Source: an uncultured Clostridia bacterium (GTDB taxonomy: Bacteria > Bacillota > Clostridia > Peptostreptococcales > Anaerovoracaceae). From it: a DNA stretch of 64,000 nt. Below are positions 17,816 to 27,370 of this stretch, piece after piece. The notes beneath the pieces are model-generated. The model ran no database searches. It had not been told where the DNA came from and saw only the letters and a list, made by a program, of their open reading frames with translations. Every line of letters begins with the position of its first letter. Position 1 is the first letter of the stretch. The position numbers and the translations under genes were made by a program. Location: the NCBI GenBank assembly GCA_945828095.1, contig CALZOZ010000001.1:4652-68651 (forward strand). The letters run 5' to 3'.

Positions 17816-18029
17816 AAACTAAGGAAAGGAATGAAAAAACATAAGGAACTAAATACTACTACAAAGTACGCGGATATGTACTGATTGACGGTCAGAAGTA
17901 CTACACCGAAGACTCCCTTAAGGCAATCAGAACAATAAAATAGGGCTTGACTGGTGCAACGCTATTTTATATTATTAATATAACTGAAGCATTCAGTAAA
18001 AACATTCGCAGAAGGAGGTTTTTGAGACC

Positions 18030-19193
18030 GTGAAAAAGAAAATTGCTATAATCCTGTCTTTATTGATGTGCGTGAGCATGTTCCCGATGGATGCACAAGC
18101 TGCCATAAAGAGCGCAGGTGAGCCTGCAGAGGTAGAAAGCCTCATTTCCAGCGAAAACTTAGAGCATAACTTCGTAAAAGTGACAGCTATGGGGAATACA
18201 CTTCAGGTTGAGGTGGAAACATCGGTGAAAGCAGCGGAGTACAATTATAATTTGGTGAAAGTCGGGGCTACAAAGGGTGAATGGGCTGGCAGAGTATATC
18301 CAACCGATATGGGGGAATATAATAAGTTCTCTTTTTCCCTTAATAATACCGGAAACAAGATGGCTCGTGCATTAAACGGGGATTACATTTTGATGATTAC
18401 CAAGAAAATTGGGGCAAAAAATAATCCTGTCATCTACAAAAACTGCTGCTTCCGTGTTACCAGCGGACAGTTTAAGATTTTGCAGTACGATAAAATCATA
18501 GAAGAAAACGCACGCCTTAACAGCAAGGCTAACAAAGTCAGCGTAAGTAACTTTAAAAAGACCAACTTAAGCGACTTAAAGACTCTTGTATTCCGTGACC
18601 CGGTGACTAAGAAGGTTGCTCCTGTAACCACCAAGAAGGTAAAGTATTTCAAGACCGTTTCCGATAAGGTGGTGAAAGGCGCAGATTCCGACTACGAGAA
18701 GCTGCTTAAAATCTATGAATACATCGCAGAGAATTTTTACTACGATAATATTGCCTTTTCCACCGGTACGAAGCAGTATGTAGACCCATATCGCAATCTA
18801 TACAACATGCGAAACAAAAAAAAGAGTGCTAATAGCGAAAACGGAAAGGTTGCAACCACCTGCGTAGGTTATGCCGCAGCTGTGGCTGCACTGGCGAGAG
18901 CTCAGGGCATTCCGACCAGAATTGTAAACGGACACCACATCAGTTTAGGCACCGGCGGCTTCAACAGCTGGTCCACAGAGAAGGGCATAACCACCCTGGA
19001 TCACTGGTGGGCAGAGTGCTATGTGGACGGACGCTGGATAACCGTGGATGCTACCCCGGGCAACAGCAACAAATGGAACCGCAGCACCAACAAATGGACC
19101 TACACCGGCATTACAAACTACATCTACTTTGACCCGACTCCTGAGCAGCTGGCAACATCACACATGATACTGGAGACCAAAGGAGTCAAATAG
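18030..19193 (+). CDS. secreted transglutaminase-like (cysteine protease fold) protein
   Basis: Signal peptide. Core TTCVGYAAAVAALARAQGIPTRIV...DHWWAECYVDGRWITVD (Cys-His-Asp). GTG start. Confidence 0.8.
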   Translation: MKKKIAIILSLLMCVSMFPMDAQAAIKSAGEPAEVESLISSENLEHNFVKVTAMGNTLQVEVETSVKAAEYNYNLVKVGATKGEWAGRVYPTDMGEYNKFSFSLNNTGNKMARALNGDYILMITKKIGAKNNPVIYKNCCFRVTSGQFKILQYDKIIEENARLNSKANKVSVSNFKKTNLSDLKTLVFRDPVTKKVAPVTTKKVKYFKTVSDKVVKGADSDYEKLLKIYEYIAENFYYDNIAFSTGTKQYVDPYRNLYNMRNKKKSANSENGKVATTCVGYAAAVAALARAQGIPTRIVNGHHISLGTGGFNSWSTEKGITTLDHWWAECYVDGRWITVDATPGNSNKWNRSTNKWTYTGITNYIYFDPTPEQLATSHMILETKGVK

Positions 19194-19211
19194 CAAATAA
19201 TAAGACAAACT

Positions 19212-19259
19212 AACGAAACGGACAATCTTGCAGCTAAAACCGCAGATTGTCCGCTTTTT
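19212..19259 (+). terminator. terminator hairpin; copy 1 of a 48-nt direct repeat
   Basis: CGGACAATCTTGCAG-loop-CGCAGATTGTCCG followed by T5. 46/48 identical to 20265..20312. Confidence 0.65.
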
Positions 19260-19540
19260 CTTTGGAAACAGATCCCGGTTTTGTCTGTCTTTTTATTGGC
19301 GTTGTACAATTTGACCTGAAACGAGATTATTTACAACATGACACCCATGAAACGGTCTCCAAAAGCTTTGGAAAATGTGTGATGTTGTAAAAATAGGGGC
19401 TTCTTTGATTTTTTTACAACATCGGAGTGTTCCTGTCAAACCATCGAAAAAGTTAGAGAGCCTTGATTTTTTGTCAATTGCAGGGTATAGTATTGGTACA
19501 GGAAAGTGTACGGAAAATACCGGTGTGAAAGGAATCTGCC

Positions 19541-19828
19541 ATGGTGAATCTAAAAGAGAGCATAATAAGTGAGATAAAAGATTTGGCCATAAAATGTGGG
19601 GTAGAGAAAGTTATTCTCTTTGGATCCCGGGCACGTGGCGACAATAAAGAGCGGAGTGACATTGATTTAGCAATTGAAGGAGGCAATGCGGCGTTATTTG
19701 CCGTTGAGGCCGAGGAGGAGATACAGACTTTGCTCATGTTTGACATTGTCGATTTGGGCGGATTCGTACAGGATGAACTCAGACAGTCCATCGAGAGAGA
19801 GGGGAAGATTATCTATGAAAAAATTTGA
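19541..19828 (+). CDS. MNT-type nucleotidyltransferase (antitoxin of an MNT/HEPN pair)
   Basis: ILFGSRARGD...SDIDLAI (GSxxxG...DxD pol-beta NTase motif); 95 aa. Confidence 0.85.
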   Translation: MVNLKESIISEIKDLAIKCGVEKVILFGSRARGDNKERSDIDLAIEGGNAALFAVEAEEEIQTLLMFDIVDLGGFVQDELRQSIEREGKIIYEKI

Positions 19829-20210
19829 AAACTTTCAGCGTGCACTCAGAAACTTAGAGGAAATCAGAAAGTGCAAGGAGCCTTATGAGATGATTGTACT
19901 TACGGGGCAGGTGGCGCTGTTTGAGATGTGCTTTGAACAGAGCTGGAAAGCGATGAAGGAGATTCTCGAATACAATGGTTACGATGAGAGCCGGACAGGT
20001 TCCCCGCACAGCATATTAAAGCTTGCATACCAGGCGGGCATGATAGACAATGAGGAATTGTGGGTTGAGGCTCTGGCTGCTCGAAACAATGTGTCCCATG
20101 CGTACAATGAAGGAATTGCTACCAAAATCGTTTCTGAAACAAAGGCTAAATATATTGATATGTTTGAGGCCTTAGAAGAAAAAGTCCAGAGTGACTGGGT
20201 AAGCGTGTAA
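19815..20210 (+). CDS. HEPN / HI0074-family nucleotidyltransferase substrate-binding protein (toxin)
   Basis: MKKFENFQRAL... with an RNNVSH (Rx4H) motif. 14-nt overlap with the MNT gene. The ORF-track start at 19674 is upstream read-through. Confidence 0.85.
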   Translation: MKKFENFQRALRNLEEIRKCKEPYEMIVLTGQVALFEMCFEQSWKAMKEILEYNGYDESRTGSPHSILKLAYQAGMIDNEELWVEALAARNNVSHAYNEGIATKIVSETKAKYIDMFEALEEKVQSDWVSV

Positions 20211-20264
20211 CCCGGGTAACTGAATAAGCGTGGTAAACTAAGGCAACTGAATAGGCGTGTAACA

Positions 20265-20312
20265 AACGAAACGGACAGTCTTGCATCTAAAACCGCAGAT
20301 TGTCCGCTTTTT
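20265..20312 (+). terminator. terminator hairpin; copy 2 of the 48-nt direct repeat
   Basis: Same hairpin plus T-tract as 19212..19259. Confidence 0.65.
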
Positions 20313-20462
20313 TTGTTCTGGAGGCTCAAAACCAGCCTGTTTTAATACAAAAAATGTAAGCGTGGGACATTTGTCCGCTTTTCAAGAGGTTTTGTCCGCG
20401 TTTTTGTCAATAAGCACGGACAACAGCCCCGAGATAAAGGGGTGGCTGTCCGCATACCCTTT

Positions 20463-21344
20463 TTAAAGCCTGTATTTCTCTTCAACCCATCGGCACACAT
20501 AGTCATAAAACCTTGAAGCCGCCGCAGAAAGAAGCCGGCGGTCACGGCATGCAATACCCAGATCTCTGTGTCCTGGCGGGTCCAGCGGAACTGCTGTGAT
20601 ACGGCGATTAAAACCCTGCAGCATCATCATGGACATCAGACTGATGCCCAGACCCTGCTCCACCATGGCGATTACTGCGTGGTCATCGCTTTCCACAAAC
20701 CGGGCATCCGGTTGTATTCGATTCTGATTCAGGATTGCAGTAATCTCGTCCTCTACACCCTCGTTGAGAGCTATATACGGCAGGTCAGGCAGCATGGAGA
20801 TAGAAAAAGTCTCCAAAGCAGCATGTGGGTCATCATCCGCAAAGATTGCCACAATAGGATCTCGGTACATGAACGAAGCTTCCAGTTCAGGATTTGTAGG
20901 ATAAGCCACAAAACCTACATCCACACGGCCGTCAGCAATCCAGCTGACAATCTGGGTGTCAGTTCCATGGAGCAGCTCGAACCTTATTCCCGGATAGTCC
21001 TTATGGAACTTGCTGATAATACCCGGGAGCCACTGAGCAGATACGCTGTTGAAGGTTCCGATGCGGATTAACCCTTCCTTAAGACCGTTGATTTCATCAA
21101 TGAATTCCGAAAGCCTCCGCTGATCATGTAATACCGTTCGTATATACGGAAGCAGAAGCTGCCCTTCCGGAGTAAGCTGCACCCCGTTTCTTCCCCGATT
21201 TAAAAGGCGCACATTCCACTGCTCCTCCAGGGAGTTCAGTGCACGTGTCAGACCGGACTGGGTATACCCAAGTTCCTCCGCGGCCTGTGTCATAGTTCCC
21301 GTTTCCACGGCTTTGATCAAAGCTTCATATTGAGATAGATTCAT
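20463..21344 (-). CDS. LysR-family transcriptional regulator
   Basis: MNLSQYEALIKAVETGTMTQAAEELGYTQSGLTRALNSLE HTH. Start ATG 21344 with GGAGG upstream. Confidence 0.9.
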   Translation of the reverse strand: MNLSQYEALIKAVETGTMTQAAEELGYTQSGLTRALNSLEEQWNVRLLNRGRNGVQLTPEGQLLLPYIRTVLHDQRRLSEFIDEINGLKEGLIRIGTFNSVSAQWLPGIISKFHKDYPGIRFELLHGTDTQIVSWIADGRVDVGFVAYPTNPELEASFMYRDPIVAIFADDDPHAALETFSISMLPDLPYIALNEGVEDEITAILNQNRIQPDARFVESDDHAVIAMVEQGLGISLMSMMMLQGFNRRITAVPLDPPGHRDLGIACRDRRLLSAAASRFYDYVCRWVEEKYRL

Positions 21345-21490
21345 TCCCTTTCCTCCCTCGTATAATCCATGACTATTTCGCATGAAAATCATGATAAACC
21401 TGCGTTTGACGAATGTTATTTTTTATTATACTATAAACGCAAGAAAAGTCAATTAACGATACAGTTTTGAAAATAACAGGAGGCATTAAT

Positions 21491-22264
21491 ATGTTTACAA
21501 GAGCAATTACAAGAAAACCATGCAAAGCACTCATCGATGGAATTTCCACCGGTCAGTTCTGCGAAGGAACTCCGGATTATGAAAGCGCAGTTAAGCAGCA
21601 CGATAAATATGTTGCAACTTTAAGAGAATTAGGACTTGAGGTTACAGACCTGGAAGCAGACGAAAGATTCCCGGATTCCTGTTTCGTTGAGGACCCTGCA
21701 GTAGTTATGGAACGCTGTGCTGTTATCACCAACCCTGCTACAGACTCCAGAAACGGAGAAAAGTTTGAGATCATCGACACTATCAGAAAGTTCTACGATG
21801 AATCACAGATTTTCCACATTGAAGCACCCGGCACAATGGAAGGCGGCGACGTAATGAGAGTTGGCGATCACTTCTATGTAGGACTGTCCGATCGTACTAA
21901 CGAAGAAGGCGCAAAGCAGTTCAATGATATCGTAACCAAGTTCGGATACACATCATCAACAGTTCCGGTAACAGAAGGTCTGCATCTTAAAGACTTTGCT
22001 ATCTATCTGGAAAACAACAACATGCTTGTAACAGAAGTAATGAATGCTCAGCCTGCATTCAAGGATTTCAACCGCTTCGTTGTTGATCCTGATGAACTTT
22101 ACGCTATTAACAGCATGAACATTAACGGCACTGTTCTTGTACCTGAAGGCTATCCAAAGACCCAGAAGATCATTGAAGACCTCGGATATCCTGTAAAGCT
22201 GATGGATACCAATGAATTTAAAAAGATTGACGGCAGCCTGACTTGCCTGTCCTTACGCTTCTAG
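21491..22264 (+). CDS. dimethylarginine dimethylaminohydrolase-like amidinotransferase-fold protein
   Basis: MFTRAITRKP...; C-terminal GSLTCLSLRF with the catalytic Cys context. Divergent from the LysR gene. Confidence 0.7.
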   Translation: MFTRAITRKPCKALIDGISTGQFCEGTPDYESAVKQHDKYVATLRELGLEVTDLEADERFPDSCFVEDPAVVMERCAVITNPATDSRNGEKFEIIDTIRKFYDESQIFHIEAPGTMEGGDVMRVGDHFYVGLSDRTNEEGAKQFNDIVTKFGYTSSTVPVTEGLHLKDFAIYLENNNMLVTEVMNAQPAFKDFNRFVVDPDELYAINSMNINGTVLVPEGYPKTQKIIEDLGYPVKLMDTNEFKKIDGSLTCLSLRF

Positions 22265-22319
22265 GCATTTAATTTTACCCTTTATAGGTAATATAAATAA
22301 TCCCATAAAAGTTTAATAG

Positions 22320-22359
22320 AAAACCTTCCCGGCAATGTATTTGATTGCGGGAAGGTTTT
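22320..22359. terminator. bidirectional terminator between convergent genes
   Basis: AAAA-CCTTCCCG-loop-CGGGAAGG-TTTT. Confidence 0.6.
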
Positions 22360-22379
22360 CGTTTATTTTGCTATTTATT

Positions 22380-23519
22380 CTATTCTTCGACGCTTACCTC
22401 TATACCGTTTACCTCTACGCTGCCGTCAGCGGGGATGAGTATGTATTTTTCGCCGTCTATGACCTTGGTTTTGATTCGGTAGGCGTATTCCGGGTCAACG
22501 GTAATCTTGACTTCCGGGGTAACCATTTCGAACTTCTTTGTTTCTATAAGGTTGCCCGGGTTAAAGGTGTCTGAGCTTCCCAGCTGCCTCTGACATTCCT
22601 CGTTAAATGAATTAATCTTTTCGTCAGGGACACCGCTTTTCCTCAGTATATCATCCACATCTTCGATATAGATTTCCGGAAGTTCCGGCTCTTTGCTTTC
22701 CTTATGGATGGCCAGCTTTTCTCTGATATCTTCGAAAGCAGTCTGCACCACCTCAAGGCTGCAGTCAGTTCCCAGCGCTGTGGAAAGGGAGCCACTAAAC
22801 GCGTCTTTTTGGGCACCTGCCGACATAGGCACATCTTCTATGTTAAAGATGCCCTTGATAAACTCGTCGTGAATCTCTGAAACATTACGGCTGTAATACA
22901 GCAGGTTATAAATATTGGCGCATCTGTCATCAAAGGCCGGGAACATGAAGCCGATTTCAGGAGCACCCAGGACATGACCTGTGGAAGCACCTCTGAAAGC
23001 CTTTTCCTCCGACTCGTATCTCAGTGCCGCCTTGGCGTCCTTTACCGGGCACACACAGCAGATAAAGTAGTCAAAGACTTCGCTTGAGCCCTCGTCAAAC
23101 ACCTCGTCATCGCCGCCCTTATACGGCACATCGTAGGAATCTGATGCCATGAGAATCACAAAGCTTTCATCTCCCAAGTCAAGAGTTTCGATGATTCTTT
23201 CGTACATGAACTCTCTCATGGATTCGTCGGAAAGATGTGATGTGCGCAGAGCCTGAAGCAGTCTGTGCTCGTCGCTTGATTCCACCTGGGCTGTAGAAAA
23301 TTCGATATCTATGAGATTCCTGCCCAAGGTCCCGGAAAGTGATTTCTTAAGAATCTTATAGTACATTTCCGTTTCTTCCTGCTCCATAAGGCCCAGAGAC
23401 ATGTCGATGCGGGTGACGATTTCCTTGGCGGCGTTTACGTAACAACCATAAATGCGGCTGATATTATCTTTGTCAGGTTTGAATCGCCTGCGGATTTCCT
23501 TTAATTCGTTCTGGTTCAT
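22380..23519 (-). CDS. DUF4317-like conserved hypothetical protein
   Basis: N-terminus MNQNELKEIRRRFKPDKDNISRIYGCYVN recalled as typical of the family. Not verified by search. Confidence 0.55.
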   Translation of the reverse strand: MNQNELKEIRRRFKPDKDNISRIYGCYVNAAKEIVTRIDMSLGLMEQEETEMYYKILKKSLSGTLGRNLIDIEFSTAQVESSDEHRLLQALRTSHLSDESMREFMYERIIETLDLGDESFVILMASDSYDVPYKGGDDEVFDEGSSEVFDYFICCVCPVKDAKAALRYESEEKAFRGASTGHVLGAPEIGFMFPAFDDRCANIYNLLYYSRNVSEIHDEFIKGIFNIEDVPMSAGAQKDAFSGSLSTALGTDCSLEVVQTAFEDIREKLAIHKESKEPELPEIYIEDVDDILRKSGVPDEKINSFNEECQRQLGSSDTFNPGNLIETKKFEMVTPEVKITVDPEYAYRIKTKVIDGEKYILIPADGSVEVNGIEVSVEE

Positions 23520-23796
23520 TAGTGTTTCTCCGTTTTCATATTAGATGGAACCATTATAACATATTTTGAGGCTTTTTTCATGAAAAAGCGCGCGCTACCC
23601 ACCAAATGGTAAAAATAACCATGCGCCGGTTTTCCAAAATGTCCAAATTGTTTTCCCGGGGAAAACAAAAAGGCCGATATGGAAAACTTTCCATTAAAAA
23701 CGGCGTCAAAATCCTCTTTGAAACATAACTTTTCCAGTATACGCCATGAATTTTAATACAGTAAAATAAAAATATTACAAATTGTTTTCCGAAAGG

Positions 23797-25206
23797 CTAA
23801 AAAAGTTTTCCTATAGAAAACAAAACGGCCTTTTTGGAAAACCGCCTCAATCCTGAGCCAAGTCTTCCAGCACCCAGATATCCGTACTTCTTTCCCAACC
23901 CGAAAATCAGGGAACCGGCCAGCAGCGCAGCGAAAACCTCAGCCACAGGAACCGCCAGCCACACGCCATCGATACCCCAAAGCACAGGGAAGACAATGAG
24001 AGCACCGCAGCGGAGAAGAAGTGTTCTCACAAGAGAAATCAGCGCAGAAATCAGGCCGTTGTTTAAAGCAGTAAACAGGGATGAGCCGAAAACGCTTATG
24101 CCCCCAAGCAGGTAGCTGAAGGAGAATATTTTCAGTCCATGGAGAGCCAGATCCTGAAGTACAGCGTCACTTCCTGCGAAGGCACCGATAATAGGGCGTG
24201 CAAGCACCTGTGCCGCAATGAACATAGCCGCCGATGATACCGCGATAAAACCGAAGCTTATCTTAAACAGAGCAGAAAGCCTCTTTTTCTTTCCTGCACC
24301 GTAGTAGTAACTGAACAGCGGCGCCGCACCTGAGGAGAACCCAAGGAACACGCTGATAAACAATGATTCCACATAGAGCACCGCACTGATTGCAGCCACA
24401 CCCTTTTCTCCTGCCAGATGCATCATCTGCAGATTAAAAAGCATAGTGGTAACAGCAGTTGCAAGGTTTGTGACCATTTCTGACGAACCGTTTGCCATGG
24501 CAAAACCAAGAGTGCGAAGCTTTAGCGCAGGCTTTTCAAAGTGAAGTGCCTGAGACCTTCCTGCAAACATAAAAAGGGGCGGAATTCCTGCCACCATCAT
24601 ACTGATAACAGAGGCCAGAGCAGCACCTTCAATTCCCATGCCAAGACCTGGGATAAACACCAGGTCCAGACCTATATGAACGCAGCCTGCTGCAATGGTA
24701 AGTCCCATGCCTGTGCCCGGTCTTTCTGCTGTTACCAGGAAATTCTGGAACAGTATCTGAAGGGAGAAAAAGACAGAGCCGGCGATAATTACAGTTCCGT
24801 AGGATACACAGTAAGGCATCAGCTCGGAATCTGCGCCCAGTAATGCATACAGTTTTGTATCAAAGGCCAGCATGATAACAGAAAGCAGAGCAGTCACCCC
24901 TACTGCCGTAATGACTACAAGAGAAAGGAAACGGTTTGCTTCCTGCTGCTTGCCTTCGCCCATTTTCTTGGCTATTATAGCATTGCTGCCGGTGGCAAAC
25001 ATCAGGTTTACCGCCATCACAACTGTAATCAGCGGATAAACGATATTGTTTGCAGACAGAGCTTTGCTGCCGATAAAGTTTGAGAGAAATATTCCGTCGA
25101 TGATGCCGTACATGGACGAAAAGACCATCATTATCACCGTCGGAAAGGTAAACCGCAGAACGCTGAAAAGCCGCGGATTACTTTCGTAAATTGATATAGT
25201 TTTCAT
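23797..25206 (-). CDS. MATE-family efflux transporter
   Basis: About 12 TM segments and MATE-like N-terminus (FPTVIMMVFSSMYGIIDGIFLSNFIG). The last ~15 codons run through the GTTTTCC repeat cluster, so the true stop may be earlier or the tail fortuitous. Confidence 0.8.
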   Translation of the reverse strand: MKTISIYESNPRLFSVLRFTFPTVIMMVFSSMYGIIDGIFLSNFIGSKALSANNIVYPLITVVMAVNLMFATGSNAIIAKKMGEGKQQEANRFLSLVVITAVGVTALLSVIMLAFDTKLYALLGADSELMPYCVSYGTVIIAGSVFFSLQILFQNFLVTAERPGTGMGLTIAAGCVHIGLDLVFIPGLGMGIEGAALASVISMMVAGIPPLFMFAGRSQALHFEKPALKLRTLGFAMANGSSEMVTNLATAVTTMLFNLQMMHLAGEKGVAAISAVLYVESLFISVFLGFSSGAAPLFSYYYGAGKKKRLSALFKISFGFIAVSSAAMFIAAQVLARPIIGAFAGSDAVLQDLALHGLKIFSFSYLLGGISVFGSSLFTALNNGLISALISLVRTLLLRCGALIVFPVLWGIDGVWLAVPVAEVFAALLAGSLIFGLGKKYGYLGAGRLGSGLRRFSKKAVLFSIGKLF

Positions 25207-25328
25207 ATATAAAACCCCCTTGAATTAGTTTCTGAATTGCTGTATGATACTAGCATAAACTGTGTTGTAACAACACGGTCAAGAGGAAATTTAATTTTCC
25301 ACAGAACCTTCACAGAAAGGACAAGAAC

Positions 25329-26150
25329 TTGAAACAGACATATTTTACATCGGGAGAATTTGCGAGGCTTTGCGGAACCACAAAGGAAACGCTGAGACAT
25401 TACAACAATATCGGCCTTCTCAAACCGGACAAAACAACGGAGAACGGGTATCAGTATTATTCGGCCTTTCAATTCTATGACTTTTACTTCATTTCCACAT
25501 TCAAAGGGACGGGAATGCACCTGAAAGAGCTGGAGGAAAAGCTGGCTGAAACTGATGAAAGGGCCTTTTGCGATACCCTGCGCCAGCAGCTTAAAAAGAT
25601 ACAGGCGGAAAAAAGGGAGCTGATAAAAAAAGAAAAACTCCTTAAGCGAACCATAGAAAAGTTTGACTATCTTTATGAAGGCGACCGGGTAGGGAGCCTT
25701 GAGCTGTACGAAATGGAAGAGGAATATTATATTGCTACACCTGTAAAAGGAAATGCGGACGATGACAGGGTATGGATGGAAACACTGAAGGATCACCTGG
25801 ACTATTGCAGCAGGGACAATCTCAACGAGGAGTATCAGCTGACCTACTGCTGGAATATGGAGGATATGCAGGAAAGGCGGACGGGAAATGGATGGTCCGT
25901 CATGAGCCAGCTTTCGGAGCCGGCAGATGATCCACGGCTTCATGTCAAGCCTGCCGGGACTTATGCCTGCGCTCTGTTTAGGGGATATGATTTTACCACA
26001 GAACAGCTGGAAAAGGTTAAAAACCAAATTGAGAAACGGGGACTCAAAATATGCGGAGATGCATATGAAGCCGATGTGTCTTTGTTTTCACCGGGGATGA
26101 AGGCGGGATATGTGACAGAGATTTCTATAATGGTGGAAAAAAATGATTAA
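25329..26150 (+). CDS. MerR-family regulator with GyrI-like effector domain
   Basis: FTSGEFARLCGTTKETLRHYNNIGLL HTH; coiled-coil linker; C-terminal GyrI-like part. TTG start. Confidence 0.8.
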   Translation: MKQTYFTSGEFARLCGTTKETLRHYNNIGLLKPDKTTENGYQYYSAFQFYDFYFISTFKGTGMHLKELEEKLAETDERAFCDTLRQQLKKIQAEKRELIKKEKLLKRTIEKFDYLYEGDRVGSLELYEMEEEYYIATPVKGNADDDRVWMETLKDHLDYCSRDNLNEEYQLTYCWNMEDMQERRTGNGWSVMSQLSEPADDPRLHVKPAGTYACALFRGYDFTTEQLEKVKNQIEKRGLKICGDAYEADVSLFSPGMKAGYVTEISIMVEKND

Positions 26151-27267
26151 GAAAGTAAAAGCGATTATTAAGTCGGAGCCAGTTCTTGCCGCAGCATGGC
26201 TGCTGGCGGTGCTGTCAGCTTTTTGGGTAAGGCCGGACCTGAAGTACATTGACTATATAGACATGGACACGTTGTTTTTGCTTTTCGGGCTTATGGCAGC
26301 CATGGCGGGATTTAAGTCCCTGGGGCTTTTCCAAAGTCTGGGCGGGGCACTGCTTTCAAAGGTAAGGACAAGCCGCGGGATAGAACTTTCACTGGTTCTG
26401 CTCTGCTTCTTTTCTTCCATGTTCATAACAAACGATGTGGCCCTCATAACCTTCGTGCCATTTGGGATAGTAACCCTTAAGATGGCCAGGCTGGATGAAA
26501 TGATAGTACCGGTGGCCGCTCTGCAGACAGTGGCCGCCAATTTAGGCAGCATGGTAACCCCTATGGGAAATCCCCAGAACATATATCTGTATTTCAAGTC
26601 AGGGATGACGGCAGCGGAATTTATAAAACTGACATGCCCCTACGCGCTGCTTGCTTTGGCCATGTTATGGGCCTGCTGCATGCTGGGGAAAAAATATTCC
26701 ATTCAGTTTGGACAAGGCGATGACGGCAGCGGGAAATTAAATCTAAATCTTGAGTTTTGGGTTTATTCAGCTATTTTTGCCCTTTGTCTCTGCGCTTTGG
26801 GAAAGCTCATTCCATCATATATTGCTGCCGCAGCGGCAGTGATTGCAGTGTTCGCAGTGAACAAGGAGGTTTTAAGAAAAGTTGATTACGGGCTGCTGCT
26901 CACCTTTGTAGGCTTTTTTATATTTGTGGGGAACATGGGAAGACTTCCTGCATTCAGTCAGGTCCTGGCCAGCGTGCTTGAAGGACATGAGATGGCCGTT
27001 GCTGCAGGAGCCAGTCAGGTTATAAGCAATGTGCCTGCGGTTCTGCTGCTTACGGGATTTACCCATAACTGGAAAGCCCTCATAATAGGAAGCAACCTTG
27101 GCGGTCTGGGAACGCTCATCGCATCCATGGCAAACCTTATTTCCTACAAATGGGTATGCAAAGAGGCGGCCCACTTCCGCCATGCCTATGTGAGATTGTT
27201 CACTTTGCTGAGTCTGCTGTTTCTGGCTGTGGAGTGCATGCTTTATTTTTGTATAAAAATTGTATAA
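26143..27267 (+). CDS. ArsB/NhaD (SLC13-like) anion permease family protein
   Basis: About 10 TM segments; SMFITNDVALITFVP and GSMVTPMGNPQN motifs, typical of the CitMHS/ArsB superfamily. Confidence 0.6.
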   Translation: MIKKVKAIIKSEPVLAAAWLLAVLSAFWVRPDLKYIDYIDMDTLFLLFGLMAAMAGFKSLGLFQSLGGALLSKVRTSRGIELSLVLLCFFSSMFITNDVALITFVPFGIVTLKMARLDEMIVPVAALQTVAANLGSMVTPMGNPQNIYLYFKSGMTAAEFIKLTCPYALLALAMLWACCMLGKKYSIQFGQGDDGSGKLNLNLEFWVYSAIFALCLCALGKLIPSYIAAAAAVIAVFAVNKEVLRKVDYGLLLTFVGFFIFVGNMGRLPAFSQVLASVLEGHEMAVAAGASQVISNVPAVLLLTGFTHNWKALIIGSNLGGLGTLIASMANLISYKWVCKEAAHFRHAYVRLFTLLSLLFLAVECMLYFCIKIV

Positions 27268-27331
27268 AAAGAAAAACAAAATGAAAAATTGCATTTTCGA
27301 TAAGAAAAAGGTATAGAATTTTGTATACAGA

Positions 27332-27370
27332 ATCCGAGGGAGAACGACAGACTTTTCTCTTGGATTTTTT
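27332..27370 (+). terminator. rho-independent terminator
   Basis: 13-bp stem (3 G-U pairs), ATCCGAGGGAGAA/TTCTCTTGGAT, followed by T5. Confidence 0.55.

Noticed and set aside
20300-20455. Recurrent TGTCCGC strings downstream of the LysR gene
   Set aside because: Two of the copies belong to the 48-nt terminator repeat already reported. The remaining short 7-mers have irregular spacing and orientation, so I could not support a separate element.
22335-22574. 79-aa plus-strand ORF
   Set aside because: It overlaps the terminator and the 3' end of the DUF4317-like gene on the opposite strand. Repetitive Phe/Tyr/Val-rich translation with no RBS.
25203-26027. 274-aa ORF on the minus strand
   Set aside because: Entirely antisense to the well-supported MerR/GyrI-like gene. 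Low-complexity, Phe/Leu/Lys-rich shadow translation with no RBS or recognisable motif.
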